The notes below the pieces were generated by a model, which saw only the letters and a program-made list of their open reading frames with translations, did no database searches and had not been told where the DNA came from. Below are positions 26,897 to 36,167 of a stretch of 64,000 nucleotides of DNA, piece by piece (within the stretch, counting starts at the first letter, position 1; every line of letters begins with the position of its first letter). The stretch covers positions 96,001-160,000 of the IMG/VR virus record IMGVR_UViG_3300018876_000008; one strand, given 5' to 3'. This DNA comes from a virus. Position numbers and translations under genes: made by a program.

Positions 26897-26968
26897 TTAC
26901 ATAATATTATAGAACCTTATTATTGATAAGCTTCTTAATATTGATATGTATGTTTTCGATTTGTACAT
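26897..26968 (-). CDS. Putative attenuator leader peptide of the tRNA operon (23 aa, not in ORF track)
   Basis: MYKSKTYISILRSLSIIRFYNIM*; 14 of codons 2-18 are exact cognates of the nearby tRNAs. Confidence 0.75.
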   Translation of the reverse strand: MYKSKTYISILRSLSIIRFYNIM

Positions 26969-27004
26969 TTTAAAATAGTCTTTTAATTGTCTGTTTGTAT
27001 ACTA

Positions 27005-27035
27005 CAAATATACTCCATTTATTTCTATTGTCAAA
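27005..27035 (-). promoter_or_regulatory. Bacteroidota-type promoter of the tRNA operon
   Basis: TTTG (27032-27035), 19 nt spacer, TATATTTG (27005-27012). Confidence 0.8.
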
Positions 27036-27036
27036 T

Positions 27037-27417
27037 TTATTTTGAGATATTTCTTCTTCTAAACCAAATTTTTGCACCAAATACTACTAATGTAATAAAC
27101 ACAAGACCGATAAGGAGGAAGAAACCACGATATGAATCTGTAGGTGAAAGTTCGTAAGTTAGTAAAGTCCATCCTGAAATGTAACCAAACCACAAAGTGA
27201 CCCAAATAAAATCAGGAATTCTCTTAGTTTTTTTCTCAATCTTTAAAACTCTTTCATCATGTACTACACGACTAAGTGCGTCCTGTAAATCTTTACCATA
27301 TGCGGGTACGGTCTCAAATGTACCGTCTATATTTTGAATAGTAACTTCATACTTCAACCATCCTTCAAAAGTTTCACTTTCCTTTCTAAGTTCAACTTGA
27401 ACCGCCTTTCTTTTCAT
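27037..27417 (-). CDS. Membrane protein
   Basis: 126 aa, two C-terminal TM helices. Confidence 0.75.
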   Translation of the reverse strand: MKRKAVQVELRKESETFEGWLKYEVTIQNIDGTFETVPAYGKDLQDALSRVVHDERVLKIEKKTKRIPDFIWVTLWFGYISGWTLLTYELSPTDSYRGFFLLIGLVFITLVVFGAKIWFRRRNISK

Positions 27418-27557
27418 AATATTATATTTTTTACTTTAACTTAATCTAAAACCTATAAACCATAAATCAACTCTAAAAAATTTATTTCCTTTATTTAATC
27501 CAAAACCAATACGTAACATACGATTTTGTTTATCTAAAATTATTTTAGTTAGTTTCA

Positions 27558-28172
27558 TTAATTTATGATTCTACCATCTTGAGTATAAATTTCTACCGTT
27601 GCTGCTTTACCCATATTATCCATCCATTCATGAATTTCTAAGAGTTGGTCTTTGAAGAAAATTCTAGAAACAAAATCCCATTCACCGTCAGGTGTGTCAA
27701 TAGAACCTCCCATAACCGAGAAATCCTGTGCAACCGGAATTTGTTCTGATTCAAACATCATTTCGTAAATCCCTCCTTTTTGTTCATCAATAATGAGTAA
27801 AACATGTTCGACACCATCGTCACGATAATGAGGAGATGCTAGAAAAGATTGGTACGGGTACATCTCGTCTACATCTCCAACATTCTCATATTCATCACCT
27901 AAGTCTTTTTCCTCAAATTCGGCAACTACATTATCATTTTCATCTATAACTTTAAAAAAAAGTCTACCGTTATAAAATGGTGCGGACATTTGGAACATAT
28001 CGGGGTCCCACATATCATCTATAATATCATCCTCCATAAGGTGCCTAACTTCCCATAGTTCGTCACTATTATTATCTCTCATAAGGATATCCACCTTTTC
28101 TAATTGTTCATCATTTAAAGAATGTGCCACGGATTCCATAGACCATCCATAAACTTCCAACTTGTACTTCAT
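27558..28172 (-). CDS. Acidic hypothetical protein
   Basis: 204 aa ORF. Confidence 0.8.
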   Translation of the reverse strand: MKYKLEVYGWSMESVAHSLNDEQLEKVDILMRDNNSDELWEVRHLMEDDIIDDMWDPDMFQMSAPFYNGRLFFKVIDENDNVVAEFEEKDLGDEYENVGDVDEMYPYQSFLASPHYRDDGVEHVLLIIDEQKGGIYEMMFESEQIPVAQDFSVMGGSIDTPDGEWDFVSRIFFKDQLLEIHEWMDNMGKAATVEIYTQDGRIIN

Positions 28173-28184
28173 TTTGATTTACTG

Positions 28185-28877
28185 TTAATTTAAAAATTTA
28201 ATTTGATTTGTATTTGGGTCCCAATCCACTGTTAAGGGTTTGTTTTTAAAAATATAATCTTCACCCAATACTGAAGCGTTAATGTAATGGGTTCCATTAT
28301 CGAACTTATAACCGTATCCGCTATGAATATGGCCAAAAACGTGTATCTTAGGTTTAACGACCTTTAAACGTTCTGCCAATAGTTCACAACCAAGATTATC
28401 ATATCGACCTACTACAGTATCTAAACATCCTTTAGGGGGTCCATGAGTGATAAGAATATCAATATCATTAGGTATGATACTCCATTTATGTTTTAATTCT
28501 TCACTGTTACGTGGTAGATTAAAAGCCCAATTGTAGAACTCAGGTTGCCATGGAGTTCCCCATACTTTTACTGATGACTGATAATCGTCCCCAATAATTT
28601 GTAAGTCATCTTCAAGATAACTTACATTAAGGTAATTAGAAACAATTTCTTTAGCCAATTTAGGGTTATCCTCAAACATAAGGTCATGATTACCTGCAAT
28701 AACAATTTTATTTGTGTAATTCTCTAAATCATTAAACCAATCCATAAAACCATCAACCTCATGTTCATAACCTCGTGAAGTAAAATCACCCGCATGGATT
28801 AGTAAATCACCACCTGGTAATTGAGATGTCACTTGACGATGTTTCGTGTGTGTATCGGATATGAATGTGATTTTCAT
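28185..28877 (-). CDS. Metallophosphoesterase (calcineurin-like)
   Basis: ISDTH, HAGD, AGNHD, ITHGPP, FGHIH; start at MKITFISDTH. Confidence 0.95.
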   Translation of the reverse strand: MKITFISDTHTKHRQVTSQLPGGDLLIHAGDFTSRGYEHEVDGFMDWFNDLENYTNKIVIAGNHDLMFEDNPKLAKEIVSNYLNVSYLEDDLQIIGDDYQSSVKVWGTPWQPEFYNWAFNLPRNSEELKHKWSIIPNDIDILITHGPPKGCLDTVVGRYDNLGCELLAERLKVVKPKIHVFGHIHSGYGYKFDNGTHYINASVLGEDYIFKNKPLTVDWDPNTNQIKFLN

Positions 28878-28914
28878 TTTATTTCTTTTGGCTAATATAA
28901 ACATAGAATTTTAA

Positions 28915-29514
28915 TTAATAAAACTTTTCTTTTAATTTTTGTTTTTTCACCATAGATTTTAAAAGGTTAACATAATTATCCGCTTCAGCATATGATTTAT
29001 CTAAGTATATATAATATTCTTCTTCAGTTTTTATTGTGGAAAGATACCTACATTGATAAAAGGCGTAGTCGTAGACAGATTCTCTCCAGTGAACATAAAA
29101 TGCGTGATTATATTGTGTTCCTTTTGATGTGTGTACTCTAACTTTAGCTTCTTTCATACCGAATAGATTGTGGTTCTCTAAAAAGATTTTAGACTTATAG
29201 TGTCCACTCTCCAACTGAGCTTGGGCTAAAACAATATGAGGAAATTTAACGTTTAGGGATTTTAATAATAAAATTAATTTTTCTTCAGAAAAATCATTTA
29301 GAGTGTCTTTAACATTAAGGACAACAATATCAGATTCTATATTATCTAAATTGTTTAAGTTGGTAGGTGTACTACATTTATTATTAGTTAAAAAATATAC
29401 AGATAACAAGAATAATATACTTAATATTGGTATTAAAAATTTAAATGTATTAATTTTTTTGAATTGTAATGTTTTACTACAATAATAGTATAATTCTTTT
29501 TTATTTAATTTCAT
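28915..29514 (-). CDS. Membrane-anchored glucosaminidase (GH73-like)
   Basis: LAQAQLESG, HNLFGMK, YAEA..Y. Confidence 0.85.
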   Translation of the reverse strand: MKLNKKELYYYCSKTLQFKKINTFKFLIPILSILFLLSVYFLTNNKCSTPTNLNNLDNIESDIVVLNVKDTLNDFSEEKLILLLKSLNVKFPHIVLAQAQLESGHYKSKIFLENHNLFGMKEAKVRVHTSKGTQYNHAFYVHWRESVYDYAFYQCRYLSTIKTEEEYYIYLDKSYAEADNYVNLLKSMVKKQKLKEKFY

Positions 29515-29580
29515 ATTTTTAGCTCATTAATTTTAAAAATAAGGCCCATTTAAATTAATAAATGAGCCGTAATGTTTAAT

Positions 29581-29973
29581 TTAAAGACCCATTTCTTTAC
29601 GAATCTTAGTTGCCGAGATATCTCCGATATCAGAAGGTGGGGTATGTTCAATAATATCATATCCAACACCTCTTCCAAACTCTATTGAACAAATATCAGG
29701 TATAATTGTTACTGCTATTTTACCTGACTCAACTTCAGTTTCATAATGGTTGATAATATTCTCCTTAACTTCTGAAGCGGTAAACGGATTCTTTTCATTG
29801 GGTTTACCGTCCCTAATACAAATTAAGACATTCTTACCTTTATCCAAAGCTTGTTTGAATAACTCTTGATGGCCTTTGTGTAAAGGTTGCCATCGACCTA
29901 CAAACATCGCGTACTGACCTTCTCTAGCCGGCATCGATGACTCTACATGAAATTTACTATTCCATTCACTCAT
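29581..29973 (-). CDS. HIGH-motif cytidyltransferase-like nucleotidyltransferase
   Basis: FVGRWQPLHKGH, NPF, GRGVGY, ISATKIR. Confidence 0.85.
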   Translation of the reverse strand: MSEWNSKFHVESSMPAREGQYAMFVGRWQPLHKGHQELFKQALDKGKNVLICIRDGKPNEKNPFTASEVKENIINHYETEVESGKIAVTIIPDICSIEFGRGVGYDIIEHTPPSDIGDISATKIRKEMGL

Positions 29974-29982
29974 AATTTATAA

Positions 29983-30354
29983 TTAAAAATATTTAGACCA
30001 ATCGATACTTTTAAAACCCTCGTCCCTATTAAGGTTTACTCCAAAAGCTCTTTGACCTGGTTTATTAGGGTCCATATCATTTATTAATATTCTAGGACCT
30101 CTCTCGATTCCTGTGATTAGACGGTCATATACAATTCCATTTTCTTTTAGTTCTTTAACCGTATGGTCATGGAGATAATCAGGTCTTGCAGTTGTTAATA
30201 TAACCATATGACCTTCTTTACTCCATAACTCTAACCTTTCTTTAACCTCAGGTAAGACCTCAACAGATGAGGTTTCATACGTTTCAAACTTTCTATATTT
30301 AAATAGTGTACCGTCAATATCACAGAATATTGTTGATTTTTTTTCTACCATCAA
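29983..30354 (-). CDS. HAD-superfamily phosphatase-like protein
   Basis: FCDIDGTL, LTTAR, LIND. Confidence 0.85.
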   Translation of the reverse strand: MMVEKKSTIFCDIDGTLFKYRKFETYETSSVEVLPEVKERLELWSKEGHMVILTTARPDYLHDHTVKELKENGIVYDRLITGIERGPRILINDMDPNKPGQRAFGVNLNRDEGFKSIDWSKYF

Positions 30355-30791
30355 GATAAATTTAACTGTTTTACTAATTTATCGATTGACTCCTCCGGTG
30401 TGTCAATTGTGGTATCAATATCAATAAAGTTTTCTTTAGGTGCAACATACGCTTCTGACCTAAAATGGTCTCTTTCTCTTGGTTCAGAGGTATGGACGTA
30501 TACTTCAACTAAATCTTCCCCTAATAATTTTTTAAATTCTTCTCTTTGGTCCACGTAAGGTGAAACTAAAGATACTATTACATCTTTTCCTTGGTTGTGT
30601 AAATAATGTGATATTTTTTGAGCTGCATCTACATTAGTTACTCTACCTTTAATTGAATAGTCTTTATTGGTAAATAATTCTCTCATTTCATCACCATCAA
30701 TTCTAAACGCTTTTGGGAGAAATCTTTCTTTAAACATATTAGCCAACACGGTCTTACCGTGAGAAGGCTGTCCTGTAAACCAATATACCAT
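30351..30791 (-). CDS. cysC: Adenylyl-sulfate (APS) kinase
   Basis: WFTGQPSHGKT, IDGDEMR, N.DYS..GR..N, SLVSPY..QR. Confidence 0.85.
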   Translation of the reverse strand: MVYWFTGQPSHGKTVLANMFKERFLPKAFRIDGDEMRELFTNKDYSIKGRVTNVDAAQKISHYLHNQGKDVIVSLVSPYVDQREEFKKLLGEDLVEVYVHTSEPRERDHFRSEAYVAPKENFIDIDTTIDTPEESIDKLVKQLNLS

Positions 30792-30793
30792 TA

Positions 30794-31222
30794 CTATCCG
30801 ATTTCTACTAATTCGATATTAAAGTTTAGTGACTTACCAGCTAAAGGGTGGTTCATATCTAAAATAAGGTTTTCCTCATCTTCACCAATAATAGTTGCTT
30901 GAATTGGCATACCTTGTTCGGTTTGTCCTTGAACCATTCCTCCGATTTCAACTTTAAAATCTTCAGGAAAGTTTTTACGACTTACCGGCATAACCGCCTC
31001 TTCTTTTCTCTCCCCATAAGCTTGAGTTGAGTCAAGAGTAATATCTTTTACTTCACCAACAGTCATACCTTCTACCGCCGAGTCAAAACCTGGAATCATT
31101 TGACCTGTTCCTACTGTGAAATTTAATGTTTCACCTCTTTTACGTGAACTGTCAAATTCTTGACCATCTTCTAAAGTTCCTGTATAATGAACTTTTACAT
31201 TATTTCCTTTTTCTACTTTCAT
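30794..31222 (-). CDS. FKBP-type peptidyl-prolyl isomerase (SlyD/FkpB-like)
   Basis: VKVHYTGTL..G..FDSS, GQMIPGFD, AYG, DMNHPLAGK.LNF. Confidence 0.95.
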   Translation of the reverse strand: MKVEKGNNVKVHYTGTLEDGQEFDSSRKRGETLNFTVGTGQMIPGFDSAVEGMTVGEVKDITLDSTQAYGERKEEAVMPVSRKNFPEDFKVEIGGMVQGQTEQGMPIQATIIGEDEENLILDMNHPLAGKSLNFNIELVEIG

Positions 31223-31240
31223 TTTTTTTTGTTATTTAAT

Positions 31241-31642
31241 TTATTTAATGTACTTATTTTTAACCCTTTGTGAAATTGGGATAGGGTCCCCAGATTCGTC
31301 AATCCTAACAAATGTTATGTTAGTTGATAATATAATAGTTTGATTACCTGAATAAACATTATGTGAACGTGCCTCCATGTAAATAGTTAATGACGTACTT
31401 CCAATACTTTCAACCTCACCATAAATTTTGATTAGTTGACCTTCTTTAGCGGGTTTTTTAAAGGTACATTCATCTATTTTTAATGTCACCATTCTTGGTG
31501 TGTCTGCAACTTGCATAGCAAATGCTGCCGCACTTGCATCTAACCACGCCAATAGTTTACCACCGAACAAATTTCCGTGAAATCCTAAATCACTTTTCTT
31601 TATTGGATGAGTATTTAAAAGTTCCATTGGTTTTAACTCCAT
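31241..31642 (-). CDS. Hotdog-fold acyl-CoA thioesterase
   Basis: DLGFHGNLFGGKLLAWLD, TFVRID..G.P. Confidence 0.9.
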   Translation of the reverse strand: MELKPMELLNTHPIKKSDLGFHGNLFGGKLLAWLDASAAAFAMQVADTPRMVTLKIDECTFKKPAKEGQLIKIYGEVESIGSTSLTIYMEARSHNVYSGNQTIILSTNITFVRIDESGDPIPISQRVKNKYIK

Positions 31643-31646
31643 ATTA

Positions 31647-32228
31647 TTATTCTATTATTTTAAAATGTCCCCAGTCTTGTCCCGAAACATTTGTATTAGG
31701 AAAGTAGAACATTATTTCATTATTGTCAAATTTTATTTTCTTTTTAAACCCTGAGGGTATAGTTGCCCCTCCTATAACTTTCTGTAAGTCACCATCAAAA
31801 CAAACTGTAATCTCTACAATGACATCTTCAAAAACTTTAGCGAGACCCACTTCAAAACGTTCTAATTCTTTCCACGGACCCCTATTAAGTCCTTCGTGTT
31901 GTAAAACACAATTTAAATAGGTAAATGTCTTTTTCAATGTTTCCCTATCACAATTAAATGCGGAAGCAGGGGCTAAATGACCTTTATCCCATACATTATC
32001 AACGTAGTCATAATTGTCCGATGTTTGTATACTATCTACCACACGGAAATCTAAACCGTCTCTTGATTCTTCCCCTAAAGGGCACTTAACTTCATATTTA
32101 ATCCATAATGGTTGTTCTAATTCTTCGGAATAAATAACCTCAAAAATATCAGTTTTAATTGTTTTTGTTTGAGCTAAAGTGGTATGTGTAAAAAACACAC
32201 ACACCACTATTTGTAATAATTTTATCAT
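31647..32228 (-). CDS. Secreted DNA/RNA non-specific endonuclease
   Basis: Signal peptide (TLA/Q); DKGHLAP, TF.YLN..LQ..LNRG.W..LE. Confidence 0.92.
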   Translation of the reverse strand: MIKLLQIVVCVFFTHTTLAQTKTIKTDIFEVIYSEELEQPLWIKYEVKCPLGEESRDGLDFRVVDSIQTSDNYDYVDNVWDKGHLAPASAFNCDRETLKKTFTYLNCVLQHEGLNRGPWKELERFEVGLAKVFEDVIVEITVCFDGDLQKVIGGATIPSGFKKKIKFDNNEIMFYFPNTNVSGQDWGHFKIIE

Positions 32229-32656
32229 AGTTTAATGTTATAAATTTGACTGAACAAATCCTTAGTTTCATCTAAAACTCTAGATTTAGGCCACACTTTA
32301 GGGTTATCACCAGAATGAGAAGTATCAAATCCTACCCAATGACCTTCAGGCCATTTATCACCGTTAGGGATAACTTCTGAAAATGTTAATCCTCCGTGTA
32401 CACTTACATCAATATCATCATAATGTTTTCCGTAGTCTTTATGTGATGGAATAATTTTTACATATCCATTGCCCCATCCTGTAGGGTAACTATCATTGGC
32501 CCATGTATTTTTTCTAAGCATAATTGGTGACTGTAATCCGCTAATATCATAAGCGAGTAAAACATCATCTACTGTTAAATTTAAGTACATCGCCTCTTTA
32601 AGTGCCTCATCACCTATTGTGTTTAACCTATCCGAAAAAAAATTAATATTGTCCAT
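32225..32656 (-). CDS. Conserved phage-type hypothetical protein
   Basis: GYV..H..YG..Y..VHGGLTF..WVGFD.H motif; start at MDNINFF. Confidence 0.7.
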   Translation of the reverse strand: MDNINFFSDRLNTIGDEALKEAMYLNLTVDDVLLAYDISGLQSPIMLRKNTWANDSYPTGWGNGYVKIIPSHKDYGKHYDDIDVSVHGGLTFSEVIPNGDKWPEGHWVGFDTSHSGDNPKVWPKSRVLDETKDLFSQIYNIKL

Positions 32657-32692
32657 AGTTATATTTATTATTATATAATAGACTACAAAGAT

Positions 32693-33544
32693 ATGAAAAA
32701 AATTGAGATAAAAAAGCAATATTTAGAGGGGGATGAATATTATTCAGATAAAACAGATAAAAAAACAATAGTTCTACACCATACAGCAGGAAGTCATAGA
32801 CCTGATTGGGTTGTTAGTTCATGGGATAGAGATAGAACTAAAGGTGGAAGACCTTTAAGGGTTGCTACACAATTTGTTATTGGAGGTAAATCCACAAGGG
32901 ACGGTAATACAGATTGGGACGGAGTTATAATAGAGTGTTTACCTGTAGACATGTGGGCTCATCACTTAGGAACTAAGAATTCTAATAATGTCATGTTAAA
33001 TAAACAATCGATAGGTATTGAGATATGTAATTACGGTCCACTTACTAAATCTGCAAAAGGTGAATATTTTACATATGTTAATAGTAAGGTACCTGAAGAA
33101 GATGTTATCGATTTAGGTAAAAATTGGAGAGGATATAGATACTATCAAAGATACACAAACAAACAAATAGAATCAGTTAAATATATAATTGAAAAATATA
33201 GTTCAGAATATAATATTGATGTTTGTAAGGGAATGGTCGAGTTATTTGATAGTAAACAATCAATAGACAAGTTAGATACCTTAGAAAAACAACGGTTTTT
33301 AAATGATAAAGGTTATTTGGGATTAAACGGTAAAATACTAACTGAAGACGGTATCATGGGTGGTAATACAAAATATGCTGAAAGAACATATAACGACGCT
33401 AAAAGAGGTAAATGGGGCGCTTTTGAATATAATAAATTGGCTAATCACGGTGGTGTTGGAATATGGTCACACACTAACTATCGGAAGGATAAGTTTGATG
33501 TGTATCCTTATCCTCCGTTGATTGAGATGTTAAAGACTCTTTAA
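32693..33544 (+). CDS. N-acetylmuramoyl-L-alanine amidase (endolysin candidate)
   Basis: IVLHHTAG, WAHHLG, SIGIEI, SH...K.D; short PG-binding-like insert DGIMGGNT; TATTTAT at 32662. Confidence 0.88.
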   Translation: MKKIEIKKQYLEGDEYYSDKTDKKTIVLHHTAGSHRPDWVVSSWDRDRTKGGRPLRVATQFVIGGKSTRDGNTDWDGVIIECLPVDMWAHHLGTKNSNNVMLNKQSIGIEICNYGPLTKSAKGEYFTYVNSKVPEEDVIDLGKNWRGYRYYQRYTNKQIESVKYIIEKYSSEYNIDVCKGMVELFDSKQSIDKLDTLEKQRFLNDKGYLGLNGKILTEDGIMGGNTKYAERTYNDAKRGKWGAFEYNKLANHGGVGIWSHTNYRKDKFDVYPYPPLIEMLKTL

Positions 33545-33695
33545 TTTCGTATTCTTGTGATTCATAGAATAAATGATATGCTATTTCATTTATTTCTTCA
33601 TCTGTTAAGTTGTTAAGTCTATATTCTTTTAATTTACCCATTTGTTTATTTAAATTATTACACTTATATTTGTTATAATAAAATAAAAAACAATT

Positions 33696-34178
33696 ATGAG
33701 AGTATCAACATTAATCATTACATTATTTATTTCTATAAATTCTGTTTTTTCACAATCATCTACAGTTGGTGTGTTATTCAGTAGTGGAGACTTATTTCTT
33801 TCAACTGATAACATTAACACTTCAGTAATTAATAGTCGTAATCCATATGCCCCATGGGGGATATATACCACAGGTCAATTAAACATAATTAATACTGGTG
33901 GGGTACCGATAATTAATCAAACGGGGGCGTACCCAAATAGGTTAGGGATTAATTATGGTTTTTTAAGGAATGGTTTAAATTTAGGTGTCGGAGGTAAGAT
34001 GGTACTATATAATACTGAACCTGCAGATTTTTATCCTGATTTGATGATAAGATTACACCCAATAAAACTACTATCTCAAAATCCTCGTGCTATTGATATT
34101 GCAATTATATTTAATGTATCAAATACTGTAGAATTTGGTGCGGGATTGTCAATACCTTTTCTACTTAATAGATACTGA
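33696..34178 (+). CDS. Secreted, probably outer-membrane beta-barrel-like protein
   Basis: Signal peptide (VFS/Q); alternating beta strands; ends FGAGLSIPF; TATATTTG at 33665. Confidence 0.55.
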   Translation: MRVSTLIITLFISINSVFSQSSTVGVLFSSGDLFLSTDNINTSVINSRNPYAPWGIYTTGQLNIINTGGVPIINQTGAYPNRLGINYGFLRNGLNLGVGGKMVLYNTEPADFYPDLMIRLHPIKLLSQNPRAIDIAIIFNVSNTVEFGAGLSIPFLLNRY

Positions 34179-34191
34179 TATATTTATTAGT

Positions 34192-35049
34192 ATGTTAAGT
34201 AATGAGTTTGAAGATTATTACAATGGTATAATAGAAACCATATCACAAAATACAGGTTCAAGTTCCTATGCTAAAAACTTAGGTAAAAAAAACTATTTCA
34301 GAATTAAAACAGGATTTTATGAAGATGAAAATCCAAAAAATATTTCAGACGAATTACTATTAACTGTAAAAGAAAGTATAACAGAATCAAAGTTATTAAC
34401 CGAAGCCAAAGGTATAAATGAACCCATAAGACGAATAGTTAGAGATATTACTAACATAGTTAAAAGTCAAAATTATGGAGAATATAATTTACCTGAAGAT
34501 GTAACGTCAACTAACGAAATCGAATATGATTTTGATGTAGACTTTAAAAAGTTAAATGTTAGTAGGTCATATAATATACCCCCATTTTCAATAGAGTTAA
34601 ATTATGATGCAAATTTCAATATGGATGAACCATATATGATTAATGGGGCTTTAATGTCTGATGGTGATACAATTTCTATAGTTATTATTATTAACCCCAA
34701 TTATTATCCTTCATTGATGTATGATTTGATTGCTGATATTAATGATATTGTGGCTCATGAGATAGAGCATGTATTTCAAGAAAACTTTATGAGACCTGAT
34801 GAAGAAACTCATTGGGAGGAAGAAGGATGGGAAGCACCTAAAGATAAAAATTATTATAAGCAACCACATGAAGTACCTGCAGAACTTAAAGGTATAATCC
34901 GAATGGCCAAACTACGTAAACAACCAATTAAACAGGTAATTGGTGATTGGTTTAAAAGAAGTAAATATGCTCACCAATTAAATGACAAGGATGTAGAAGA
35001 ATTGGTATTATTTTTAACTAACGAATACGAAAAAAGATATGGTATTTAA
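34192..35049 (+). CDS. HExxH zincin-like protein
   Basis: VAHEIEH..Q, YYKQPHEVPA; VKESITESKLLTEA linker; ATG 4 nt after TATTTAT. Confidence 0.6.
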   Translation: MLSNEFEDYYNGIIETISQNTGSSSYAKNLGKKNYFRIKTGFYEDENPKNISDELLLTVKESITESKLLTEAKGINEPIRRIVRDITNIVKSQNYGEYNLPEDVTSTNEIEYDFDVDFKKLNVSRSYNIPPFSIELNYDANFNMDEPYMINGALMSDGDTISIVIIINPNYYPSLMYDLIADINDIVAHEIEHVFQENFMRPDEETHWEEEGWEAPKDKNYYKQPHEVPAELKGIIRMAKLRKQPIKQVIGDWFKRSKYAHQLNDKDVEELVLFLTNEYEKRYGI

Positions 35050-35482
35050 AGATAAACAAGAATTTGATAAAGTAGCAAAAAGAGCGGTACAGATATTATT
35101 ATTTATTGCCGAGACTAAATCTGAAATTTTTAGAGGAGCGAAAGCTAGTAATTTTATAACTTATTTAGATAACAATCCTAAATCTAGTATCAACCAACAA
35201 ACAGGAAGTGTTTATTTTGAGATTACAGTATATTTTATGAATGATGACCCCGACCACGGACCATTTTGTAAAAAGTTAGATGATATATTGACAGCAATTC
35301 TTAACACATTTGGAGGATTTTATTTAAACTCTAATTTAGAGTTTGTTGATAAAAAAGAAGAGGGGGACGATATGGTTGGGTTCTTTAAGTCTTGTTCTTA
35401 TGATTGGAATAACCATGAAGAATCCAATAATTCACAAGCAACTTATGGGTTTGAATACTACTGGTATTCAGACGAAGATTAG
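35039..35482 (+). CDS. Hypothetical protein
   Basis: 147 aa ORF. Confidence 0.7.
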   Translation: MVFKDKQEFDKVAKRAVQILLFIAETKSEIFRGAKASNFITYLDNNPKSSINQQTGSVYFEITVYFMNDDPDHGPFCKKLDDILTAILNTFGGFYLNSNLEFVDKKEEGDDMVGFFKSCSYDWNNHEESNNSQATYGFEYYWYSDED

Positions 35483-35527
35483 TAACGTACATTTTTTTAT
35501 TTAATAAAAAATCCTTATCTTTGTTGT

Positions 35528-35860
35528 ATGGAACATACAAGAGAAAATTTAAATAAATTATCATTAGTTGAAATTAAGCTTATATGTAAAGAATATAATT
35601 TACATAGAACAGGGACTAAATCGGTTTTGATAAAACGAATCTTAGATTTTATAAAACCTATTCCTATTACAATTAATATACCTACCGAATATAAACCACC
35701 AAAAGGACAAAAAGTAATTGGGGTTTTATTAACTGATAGTGAAAAACACAAACAGATAGGTAAGTTGAGAGAAAAAAATAAAGTAAAAGATTTATATTAC
35801 TCTATGGGGGCACACTATTATTTGGTAGATAAAGAGTTTCAATTTGTAGATAATGGTTGA
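35528..35860 (+). CDS. SAP-domain DNA-binding protein
   Basis: LNKLSLVEIKLICKEYNL..TGTKSVLIKRI; ATG 4 nt after TATCTTTG. Confidence 0.75.
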   Translation: MEHTRENLNKLSLVEIKLICKEYNLHRTGTKSVLIKRILDFIKPIPITINIPTEYKPPKGQKVIGVLLTDSEKHKQIGKLREKNKVKDLYYSMGAHYYLVDKEFQFVDNG

Positions 35861-36167
35861 TTTTAGTGATTTACCTGAAAAAATATTAAAAGAATTTATT
35901 ATTTTAGAGGATAGACATTCTGATGGTAATCGATTATTCATAATTAAAAGAAAAGTACCTTTCAATAAAAGAGGAATGTTAAAGAAAAAATATACCTCAA
36001 AAAATATACCTCACAAATATCAACAAAATAATACCCTTGAGGAGGCCAATTTATCAATAAGAAATTATTTGATTGAAGTTGAAGGTATTGTACCTTCAGA
36101 TACATATGGTAAAAGTATATCTATTTTTTCGAGATTGTCTTTGCTATTTTTTGGACCACGTCTCTAA
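35853..36167 (+). CDS. Hypothetical protein
   Basis: 104 aa ORF. Confidence 0.6.
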   Translation: MVDFSDLPEKILKEFIILEDRHSDGNRLFIIKRKVPFNKRGMLKKKYTSKNIPHKYQQNNTLEEANLSIRNYLIEVEGIVPSDTYGKSISIFSRLSLLFFGPRL

